Assembly: GCA_028534125.1 (NCBI GenBank)
Contig: CM052816.1
Location: 5,520,001 to 5,584,000, forward strand
Direction of reading: 5' to 3'
Source: Lama glama
Taxonomy: Eukaryota
Length of the DNA: 64,000 bases
Both the position numbers and the translations under genes were made by a program. The notes below the pieces were generated by a model. It made no database searches. It saw only the letters and a list, made by a program, of their open reading frames with translations, and was not told the DNA's origin. Of this stretch, positions 53,998 to 64,000 are shown piece after piece; position 1 is the stretch's first letter, and every line of letters starts with the position of its first letter.

Positions 53998-56900
53998 CTA
54001 AAAGAAAGCCAGATATAAAGTTTAACCATCAAAGACTCATAATGGGGTGAAATTCTGTTCTAGAAATAAATAGATGTGAAACTGACTAGCATAATTGGCA
54101 TCAACATGAGGGAGTGAAATAGAACACCACTTAAAAATCTTACGCAGTCTGTAGAAAGAGCACTAAGTTGGGAAATGGCAGACCTAGATTCTGGTACTAG
54201 TGTTGCTACTAACTAGCTGTAGGACCTTGGCAAGTAGCTGGGTTTGCTTCTCACCTGTCAAATGAGGGACTGGATGAGACAATCTTTAAGGGCTCTTCTA
54301 ATTCTGAAACACTGATTCTTTTTCACTCTGACAAATTCCCTGCAATGAAGGCTAAAATATTTAGCTTAGTGATCTTTTATTTCAACCTGCACCAGTACCA
54401 TCCGCTGTTATATCAATAACATAAATCAACTGGTACATCAAAATCATAACCTTGGAGCTCAAAATTTGAGTAACTCAAGTATACAGACACATTAGCTATA
54501 AATAACGCAAGGACACTTGAGGCAGTTTTGTTTTAATATTAGAAAAAAAACTGTACTACTACATAAACAGTTACCAACTTCTGAGGCTATAGAACCTCCC
54601 TCTCGGGCAAGAATTTTAGAGAAAAGAATTTTCCTTTAATAGTTTCTTCAATAAGAAGAAACAAAATACAATATACTTACGTTTATAAGAATACCAAATT
54701 TCTAACTCAAAGTCTATAAAATTAGCTAAGGGAGGAATCGACATCTTAAATGTCTAGTTGATAGAAATGCAAATATACACTACAGGGAAAGATTGTCAGA
54801 CAAATTTAAAAGAAGAGTAAATATCATGAATAAAAAGCAAAATGACATCCAAGAACTATGTGATTATGATCCTCTTACTGGTAACTTGATTTCTCTTTTA
54901 AAACCAGACTCTTAAAGAAAAATTTCAACTTCTATTTCTATAAAATATGGGATGCAACACCTAGCTTTATTTCTTACAAGGGCCCAAAATAATTAGTTTT
55001 GGAAATTTACTCTCCTGTATACTTACATGAAGGCTGATTGAACATATAACATAAAAAGCAATGGATCATTGTACTTTGCCATTAAACTGTTCAAAGTCTA
55101 AATTACAAGTTGAAAATCTCATTTAGTTTTCATTAGCCCTTGAAAGGATTTTGAATGATGACAATAATTTTCTCTATCTTCCAAATTTAAGGATTTAGAA
55201 TAAAACAGAACCTCAGATTTTGCTATACATAATAGATTGAACACGTGTTTATTTCCATTTCCTCCCCCAAACCCCACTAAAACGACAATGAAGGAAACAA
55301 AGCACTTGGGCATTGGGTGAGATGAAAGAAGTGATCTGATCCAACTTCTTTACAATTATTTGCTCCTTAAGATTGTACTATAACAGGAGAATGCTGATTT
55401 CTATTAGGAGGGAGTGGAGGGTACAAACAATGGAAATAACTTTAATTAAGAGACTGCTATAAGCCAGGCACTGTGCTAGGGTTTGATACATGCAGTTCCC
55501 AACTTCTTTTCCACTACAATTGGCGGTTGTGATTTTCGTCCTTTATTTCAAACTAAGTGGTTCTCAATGGTGACAGGAAAGGAGTGTGCTAAAAAAGTGC
55601 TCCCAGTTCTTCCCAGGACTTTGGTAAGGAGTCCTGTGGCTTCATCCAAGTCAGCATTCCCCAAATTTCATTCATTTCTTCTACTGTCATCATTTTTTTG
55701 TTCTGCTGTATCTGTGTACCAAATTATTATTCTTTATGCTTTTCTTTCAACAACTCATTATTTTATTTTCATACATTTATTTTAAAAGGAAAGTCTGTAT
55801 CACGTCTGTGGATAAAACTAACTTTACACATAAGCACAATGAAAACAAAGCCATGTTATTAACTTCCAGAGATACTGCCATCTGCTGAAGGCTCTATGCA
55901 GGAGGTCTGCTCTCACTGTAGAGAGAACAAAAACCAAACAAACCTCACACAACTCCACTTTACTCGAATACCACCTAATTTCTCACCCTGCCATCCCCTT
56001 CCTCCCCACCCCTTCACACTACTGAGTTTAGAACCACTCTTTTAGACTAGAGGCATATGTTGTCATCTATTCAACAGTATCTCTTGAGCACCTACTATGT
56101 GACACAAACACTGTCTCTGCCTTCATGGAGCTCACAGTAGAGGACACAGACACTAGCCAATACATACACATACAAGAAATGCTATCCAAGGGATAGCACA
56201 GGCCACCACAGCAGCACCCAACATGGAGAGCTAACCATGTTGTAGAAAGTCTCCCTGAGGAAGCAAGTTGTACAACAGCACCAGAGGGATAAAGGGGAAT
56301 TGAGAGTAGAAGACAGTGATCTAGGTAAAGAGACAGGGGGCAGGGAAAAAGCAAAGGGTTCACTGGTTAGAAAAGACCTCCAAGTTGTGGTAGGGAGAGG
56401 TGGTGGCCAGAGTGCTGGGTCTGACTCCTGATTCTGGAGGTAGGCAGTGTGGACCAACAACAAAACTGGAGGCAGACTTTGGGAACTCGAGTGGGAGGCT
56501 GAAGTTAGTGAAGAAGATACCTGTCCAAGGTGAAGCAGTTGAAGAACTGGGGGCTCAGGAGTGGAGCAGATCACCTGTGGGGGTGATGTCCCCCCCAGGA
56601 TCAAAGCAGCTAAGGTGGAAGAAACTGGAAATGGAAGACATGGACTCACTTTCCCTGCTCTGAGATGGCAGGAGCTTCAGGGGAATGAATAGCCTTCACG
56701 TGAGAGGGATGGAGGGCAACAGCCTCCTGGCAGTGTTGCTGCTGTGCAGGTCCCTTCTTCATGCAGCTTCCCTGAGCCTCCTCTCAAGGCCTGGCTCTTC
56801 CTCTCATATGGATTCAGAGTACACCTGTATGCAAGATGGCTATTCTCTGATGCCCTGTAGCCCTCACCATTACACCAGTCACCTGGCCCTGGTATATGCT

Positions 56901-57277
56901 GCTCTGTATTGCCAGGCAGTCTACCCCACCTCACTATGAGCCCTTTAGCACAGAGACTGTATTTTTTATTGTTATACTTCATAACTAGCACATGTTCAAT
57001 AAATACTTACTGATGGAGAAGTAAATTTGATCAAGTGTATGATGGATCTCTGTAAGCTGAAGAGTGTTATACAGCAGGGATCATAATTATTCAGATCTAC
57101 ATGCTTTTACTAGCACTTACTATATTCTCTGAGACAAAAAAAAGCCAATGCTAGTAATCTTGAAAGATTTGAAAGGCATAATGCCTAAATGCATTCCTTA
57201 AATGAACTACTAACCCCCAAAGTCTTCTTTTACCATCTTGTCCTAGAAGATAACGGTGGGAATAAAAGATTGGCAAG

Positions 57278-57470
57278 TCCAGAGTTTCCAAACCAGGTTG
57301 AGTATCACAATTATCTAGAGAATTTGTTAAAAATATGGATTACTGGGTCCCACCACAGACCTAGTGAATAAGAACCTCTGGGTCTGGACCTTGGAATTCA
57401 TGGTTTTTAACTAGCTTCCTGGTGATTCTGAGGCAGAGGGCCCATGGACTAGCATTCAGAGATCACTAAT
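57278..57470. mobile_element. MER5-type MITE
   Basis: TTTGTTAAAAATATGGATTACTGGGTCCCACCACAGACCTAGTGAATAAGAA...CCTGGTGATTCTGA. Confidence 0.65.
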
Positions 57471-57604
57471 ATACTTCCTCATTTCCTCTGCAACAGCCCT
57501 GCCTAATGGTGCTCTGGACTGCCCAAATACTTCTAATATGAGAGAACCATCACTCACATTTCTGGATTAAGATTACTCTGGAACATTGGAAGCCTCTGAT
57601 AAAG

Positions 57605-57850
57605 GCAGGGTAGCAGAGAGGTTCAGGGTACAGACTCTGGAACCAGGTTTCTGGGACTTGAGTCCTAGATCTGACTCTAACTAGTCTTGCAACTTTTGTT
57701 CATGACAATCTCTCTGTGCCTCATCTTTAAAACAGGGAAAATAATAGCCCCTATTCTCAGAGGACTATTGGGAGGTCTGAATGAGATAGTATACATAAAA
57801 CACAGAGTCTGGTAATTCACTGAAGTGATCACTGAATAAACTCTACTTCT
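57605..57850 (+). mobile_element. MIR SINE in MFAP3 intron 1
   Basis: ACAGACTCTGGAACCAG...CTCTCTGTGCCTCATCTTTAAAACAGGGAAAATAATAG...GAAATGAGATA. Confidence 0.7.
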
Positions 57851-60800
57851 TATTGTTGAAGGTCCTTTCACATGCTAAAATCTACACCTTACAGCAAAAC
57901 CATTATTAAAGATAAGTAAAACACTTATTTGGAATACCATGCAACCATTTAAAAACCTTGGAGGAGAGAGAGGAAACACCATCATGTAATTTCAGTCTTA
58001 AACTGTGAATCGCACACTTTTCTTTTTCTCATTGCACGTAAATATTTTACAATAATACAGATCTTTAAGCCAAACCATGATACTACATTTGTTTTTATGT
58101 GTCCTGAGTAGAGAACCGTTGTTGTGATCTATCTAGCCTGTGTTCCCCTTTTTGGAGCTTTGCCTTCTTGGGACCAGGAGGAAGTCAACCCATTGGCTGA
58201 CTAAGAAGAATCTTGTTTTTGGAATTTGGATTGAGACACTGTGCGATAGGGCCATTTGAGGAAGAGCAGGTACAAAGGGACTGAGGCAACAGGTTACAGA
58301 AAAGACAACAAGGATGGAGAAGGGAAAGAGAGTGTGGTAGCAGAAGGCGGGGGCGGGGTGGCAGCGATGCTGGTGGCGGAAAAATTGCAGAGGGGAAGAG
58401 GGAGACTCACATGTGCCGCTCTGGCCCAGACAGAATTCTACTTCCTGGCTCCAATATGACTTTTTTTTTTTTTTTAAAGCTATTAAAACTACAAAATTGA
58501 AGGCTGAGTATGCAAACAATAAAGGAAATGGAGAAATGGTTAGGTGGGGAAAAAAAATTAAGTTTAGCAAAAGTGACTGAACTGTGACTGTAGCTACCAG
58601 GAGACCCTCACCATGGATTTTCAGCTCCTCCCCTCCCCCGGAGCAAGGCGCACCAACTGCCCCTGTGGCCAAGACTTGCAGTTCCTGTTCTGTACAGACA
58701 CAGCCATTTGCCTCTGCTAGAAGTTTATAGAGAACAAGACAGGGATTAAAAAATACTATGAACACTGTAAAACTGCTCTTACGTCAAAGGTGGCAGAAGC
58801 AGCCTGGTACACTGATTTCACGCCAGGAGAGCAGCAGGCTCCGTAATATCCTTATATGCCCAGTCAATAAAGGCAGGCTCAGCCTGGGCACTTCATACTC
58901 ATACCACGGGCATCCTGAACACAAAGGACTTCTAGTCTGAGCTACTAAGAGACACAACCCATTTGCAGAGAAGAGGCCGTTGAGCATTTGGGAGAGAAAA
59001 CACTGGCAAAGGTATGTGTCCAAGATGACAGAAGCAGAAAAAAAGAGTGAGGGAACAAATCACCCTTGGGATCAGGATACCCTTGACTTATCTCTTCACA
59101 CCAAATGTCCTCTTACTTAAGTCAGCGTGGATTGCTTTTACTTGCAACAAAAACTACATTGACTACGACCTTTCTACTCGTTCTGGAGTAATGACTGTAA
59201 AACAACTCAGCTAACTCAGGGGCCCATCATGCACATGCAATACTGGGCACTGCAAGGGATGCTCAGATGAATTAGAACACTGTCCCAAACCCTCAGGAAT
59301 TTACAAGCCAGCCTGGAAGGCAGGGCCAGAAATAGCTGACTATATACAAGTTGGTGTGAGAAGTACTGAAGAGAATAATTGTGCTGTGAATGCAAAAAAG
59401 AAAGGAAGACTTCTTGAATTTTAGGAATGCAATTCCCTTTAACTTTGGGACTACCCATAATATCACGCCTGCTATCTGAATGCAGCAGCTGACATATGGA
59501 GGCTATGAAGAAAGAGTTTAAAAAGGAAAATCAAAGCGCCATCTTCATGTAAACAGTTAAAAAGGGCTATGCTATGCTTGTAAAGTTACTTGGTAGAATT
59601 TTTTATTACCTTTCTTCAGCATGAATAACAGGAAAGTGTGATATTCAAGTTTAATCTAACTCCTTTTTCATTTTTTAGGTACAGTAAAATGAAAGCTTTC
59701 CTAGGATCATGAATAATCAGAACTGTAGATGATTTTACCCTACAGAACCATCCTGGATATTGGCTATATCATTAAAAAATAAAAAGAAAGAAAGAAAAAA
59801 AAGAAAGAAAAGCACTTAAGCTGTCATCCCTAACAGATTGCCTTGTTGCTGCTCCTGCCAACTTCTGAGAGAAGAAATATTTCCATTCTGTTCCAATTCT
59901 CAACAGAAGTAAATAAGGAAGTAATGTGGCTGATTTCCGTTCTCGTGGCTCAATATTAAGTTGGCGGAGGAACCTGCTGTTTGCAGAAATAGTTCTGAGA
60001 TAACTCAAAGGGAGGAAAAACAGTGATGCCCAGATGGTATTGGTTTTTGCTCCAAGTATACTGGGATATTAATGCCTCACTCTCCATAATTAAATGTGTT
60101 AGAGGCTGTATTTACAGTTCATCCACTCTTCTCTGCCTGCACTCTTACACTTGAAAAATGGAGAAGTTCCCCTATACTCAGCACACAAATGGTCAAAGTG
60201 GCATTCTGAATTGGCAAAGGAGAGAAAAAGCAAATGAAGAGCAGACTGTTAGCACTCTTCTGTGCTTTGCAGAGAACAAACATAAAGCTGTTCTGCTTAT
60301 ACTCAAGCATTATATAGGGATCTGTAACATTAAAAGGTTAATAATATTCAAACAGAAATCACCATTTCGAGGGCCATTTCCCAAAAAGTTTCTAATTAAA
60401 ATAGCCCTAGTGCTCCCAATAGTATCTTGGAGCCATCACACACCTCATCACTGGCATTTAGGCACTCAGCTCAAACTTCAACATACTTTCTGGCACACTG
60501 AGAAACATCTGCATTTGCTGGAGCTTTGCTTCAAACCCAGGATTATTATACTCTTGACTTTTATCCTTTTTGCCATAAGCATTTGCTGAAGCCACACAAA
60601 GACAACGATGTAACAGGCTTAGATTTATGATCTCCTTGTCCTTTGTTTTTCTCCATAGTCTGAAAAATCCCCCAAAATCTCAAACTTGGTATAACTAAAG
60701 TAACTCCTCACTCTCAGCCTCAGATCTACCCGACCAGCACATATACAGCATGGATGATAGCCATAAATACAATTCTTCCAGTTTTGCAAGATCACACTTA

Positions 60801-61767
60801 AACAGTATTATCATGGTTGTGTGGTCAGGAGCATGGACTCAAGTTAAGGATGCCTGATCCTATCCCTGGCTGAAGCTGTGAGCTCAAGAGCCTTAGTACA
60901 CACATCTACTGAATAAAGTTATTAAGAGTAACCACCTCATAGGGTAGTTGTGAGTATTAGATGAACTAATATGGGTACATGGTAAAAACATGCTTTTATT
61001 CTTCTTCTTCTTCTACCTCCTAGATGTTTTTCAATTAAGTCCTACTGTCCTTGCCCTAGGTCACAGCCCTTTTACCTTACTTGGGTACCACACTACTCTT
61101 ATAAATGGGTCTCCTGAACTCCAATTATATCCCTTTGATGTCCCATACACTGCTCCCCTCACAATTGGTCCTAAACACAAATCTAAGAAAGTTAAGGCAA
61201 TTTTAAAATCCACTGGTTATTTTCCACTGCCCATGAGATAAGTTTCAAATTCTAGTCTAGTAACCACAATTCACCAGGAATAAACTCAGTTGGCAGAACA
61301 GAAGCAGCTAGATAGAGCCCAGCTGTGCCTGCAGGCACAATAACTGCTTGCTAAAAAATGAATGGATTTAGAAGTCAAGTTTGGTTTTTAGTTACACCTC
61401 TGTCACTAATTAGCTATGACCTCTAGTGGTCTTAGGTTCCTCAGCTTCAGACTGATTATCAATCCTCTCTGCTTAAATCCTACAGTTTTTCCAGCTTCCC
61501 CGTCATGATTCAAAGTCTTAACTACATCTATTTTTCTCTCTATTCTTTTCACTTTAAAGTTCTGGTTCTAGTTGTTCTTTCTGCTTGAAACTTCCTGCCC
61601 TCCTCCCCACCCATCTTCCTGGGGAAATCTGACCTTCTGTACAATATCCAACTCACTTCTCACCTAAGCTCTCATTTTTACCCTCTTAATTTGGGATGAA
61701 TTTCTTTTGCTCTGTCAGTCCCCTAGTACACTGAGAGTACTCGATGGTAAGACAGTTTCCTTTTTTT

Positions 61768-62219
61768 TTTTTCCCATTTTTTAAACTGAAGTATAATCAG
61801 TTTACACTGTTGTGTGAATTTCTGGTGTACAGCATATATGTTTCAGTCATACATATACATACATATATTCCTTTTCATTTCTTTTTCACTATAGGTTATT
61901 ACAAGATATTGAATATAGTTCCCTGTGCTATACAGTATAAATTTGTTTATCTATCCTACATATAGTAGTTAGTATATGCAAATTTCAAACTCCCAATTTA
62001 TCACTTCCCACCCCCTTTTCCCCCTAGTAACCATGTTCGTTTTCTATGTCTGTGAGTCTGTTTCTGTTTTGTAAGTAAATTCACTTGTGTCCTTTTATTT
62101 ATATTCCACATATAAGTGACAGCATATGGTATTTTTCTTTCTCTTTCTTGATTACTTCACTTAGAATGATGATATCCAGGTCCATTCATGTTGCTGCAAA
62201 TGGTATTATTTTATTCTTT
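61768..62219 (-). mobile_element. L1 3' end (artiodactyl-type, 5'-truncated) in MFAP3 intron 1
   Basis: Same motif set (TTCTATGTCTGTGAGTCTGTTTCTG; CCATTCATGTTGCTGCAAATGG). TSD GACAGTTTCCTTTTTTT at 61751-61767 and 62220-62236. Confidence 0.88.
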
Positions 62220-62336
62220 GACAGTTTCCTTTTTTTATCAGTTGTCTGTTTGTCCAAAAGACTGTAAGCTTACTAATGACAGAATCTAAAAACCTTAGTC
62301 CTTGATCTAAGATTGGACTCAACATTCTGAATTCAG

Positions 62337-62472
62337 GGGAGGAGGGTATAGCTCAGTGGTAAAGCGCGTGCTTAACATGTACGAGGTTCTGGGTTCAACT
62401 GCCATTACTGCCATTAAATGAATAAATAAAGAAACAAACAAACCTAATTACCTCCCCCCTCCAAAAAAATAT
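62337..62472 (+). mobile_element. tRNA-Ala-derived SINE (camelid Vic-1-like)
   Basis: Head GGGTATAGCTCAGTGGTAAAGCGCGTGCTTAACATGTACGAGGTTCTGGGTTCAA with A and B boxes, and tail AATAAA...CCTAATTACCTCCCCC. 16-bp TSD AACATT(C/T)TGAATTCAG at 62321-62336 and 62473-62488. Confidence 0.9.
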
Positions 62473-62857
62473 AACATTTTGAATTCAGACACTTATTAAC
62501 GTTGTAGTCAGAACGGTACCTGCTACAAACTTCTTAATGACTTTTCAGTCGCGGGCTCTGGAAATTGTTAGGGAGAGATATGATGACATGAAAACAGCTG
62601 TTAAAATTTTAGTGGGCAGACCACCCTAGAGTGAATTCAATCTATAACTGGTTTTCTCAAACTGCAATTATTAGACCACTTACATCAAATTAATCTGTGC
62701 TTGTTAAAGATGAAGATTTCTTGGCTCCACTCTGATTTACCAATTTGGCATCTCTAAGGGTGAGGCCTGGGCATCTGCATTTTTAATGTGCATGTAGTTT
62801 TAATGACTTACAAACCAAGCCCATGTATCTTTTGATTGTCATAATCATACTCTAATT

Positions 62858-63222
62858 CAGTGATTCTCAAAGTGTGGCACAAGAGCCTCTGCGGGTCCCT
62901 GAGACCTTTTCAAAATGATTTCATAATAATACTAGAACATTATTTGTCTTTTTCACTCTCATTCTCACACAGTACGGTACAATTTTCTAGAGGCTACATA
63001 ATGAATGACATCACAAGAGAATGAATGCAGAAGGAGACAGAAATGCTATTTATGTTAACATGCACTGAATTTATCATTTTAAATAAATAACTTAAAAAAA
63101 TTATTTTGATATCTAAAATGGTACACGTTGACAGATAAAACTCACACAAATACAAACTCTTTGATGTTCCCAATAGGTTTTAAAAGTGTCAAGGGATGCT
63201 AAGACCAAAAATTTGAATGCTT
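62858..63222 (+). mobile_element. MER119-like hAT-Charlie element
   Basis: CAGTGATTCTCAAAGTGTGG...GGTCCCTGAGACCTTTTCA...TTTCATAATAATACTA...TTTTTCACTCTCATTCTC...GAATGCAGAAG. Confidence 0.7.
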
Positions 63223-64000
63223 TTAGTTATCATTATTATCAGCAGTACTTTAAAGATAAGCTTAAGACACAGTTAAGCAGCTTAATGACATTCTAGTCTT
63301 AAACCCCAAATTTTATAAACTTTCCATTACAAAAGAAAATCAGAGGAAAGTACCTATTTTATACATATATAATGTTTTTGGTTTTTTTGGAATAGGTCGT
63401 TTTTAACATGCTCACAGGTGATACTGATGTCCCTAAATTTAAAGACCCACCATCTGAAGGGTTTTAGGAAGAGACTGTGTTTAGACATCAAAATGATAAT
63501 TCTGAAAGCATTAAATGAAGTTGGCATTGGGTTCTTAAAAGGCCAGGTCCCTTCTCTGGGACTTAGTTTTTCACATCTATTCAATGAGGGTGTCTCTAAT
63601 GCTCTTCTGGCGCTCAGTTCGGGTTTCATGCATTCCCACTGCTCAAGGGCAACAGAAGAGGTACATCTTTTTGATCAGGAGTCAGGAGTAAGCTAAAGTC
63701 ATAAATTAGAGCATGTCACTCTTCTGCATAGAAACGTTCAATGCTTTTCCAATGCTCTTCAAAAAAAAAAAAATCAAAATCCTTGTCCTGGCTCACCAAC
63801 TCTACAAAATTTGCCCAGTTTAAGCCTCTTGCCTCATCTTCCTCTTTTTGCTCCATTCACAGTGGCCTTCTTCCTCTTTCTTGACCAGACTGTTTGTTTC
63901 CAGGAAAAGGCGTTTGCACTTGCTATTCCTTCTGCTTCTAATACTCATCTCTAGATTTTCCTAAGGTTTACTTCTTCGCTTCGCTGTCACTTTATTCTGT

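Noticed and set aside
58133..58765. 210-aa minus-strand ORF in MFAP3 intron 1
   Set aside because: No recognisable domain, it runs through a homopolymer-derived KKKKK, and its composition is typical of non-coding DNA; most likely a chance ORF.

Overview
Mammalian genomic DNA, very probably camelid (Camelus/Vicugna/Lama), inferred from four copies of a tRNA-Ala-derived SINE resembling camelid Vic-1 and from artiodactyl-type L1 3' ends. The only protein-coding gene I can support is MFAP3 on the minus strand. Its two coding exons (53768-53474 and 50580-49787) are joined by a phase-1 GT-AG intron and give an intact 362-aa type-I membrane protein with one Ig domain. The 3'UTR probably runs about 3.4 kb to ~46370, and the non-coding first exon and promoter appear to lie beyond the right edge. 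Bases 1-46 kb are gene-free intergenic DNA dense in old repeats (MIR, L2, MLT1/MaLR, LTR16, hAT MERs, L1M), with some younger insertions that keep their target-site duplications (TSDs). There is a 500-N assembly gap at 44642-45141. The other ORFs in the track look like noise. I see no evidence for a new multi-gene system. The most unusual signal is an exact 36-nt 5' half of tRNA-Val(CAC) inserted antisense in the probable MFAP3 5'UTR exon, which would make the mRNA fully complementary to 5' tRNA-Val halves; it lies next to a uORF and alternative splice acceptors that could skip it. Also notable are a young ERV solo LTR with intact promoter architecture, a perfect 15-bp hairpin, and a 93-nt orphan insertion nested in an MLT1 LTR. 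Repeat family names come from my recall of consensus sequences, not from a database run, and most old-repeat boundaries are approximate.
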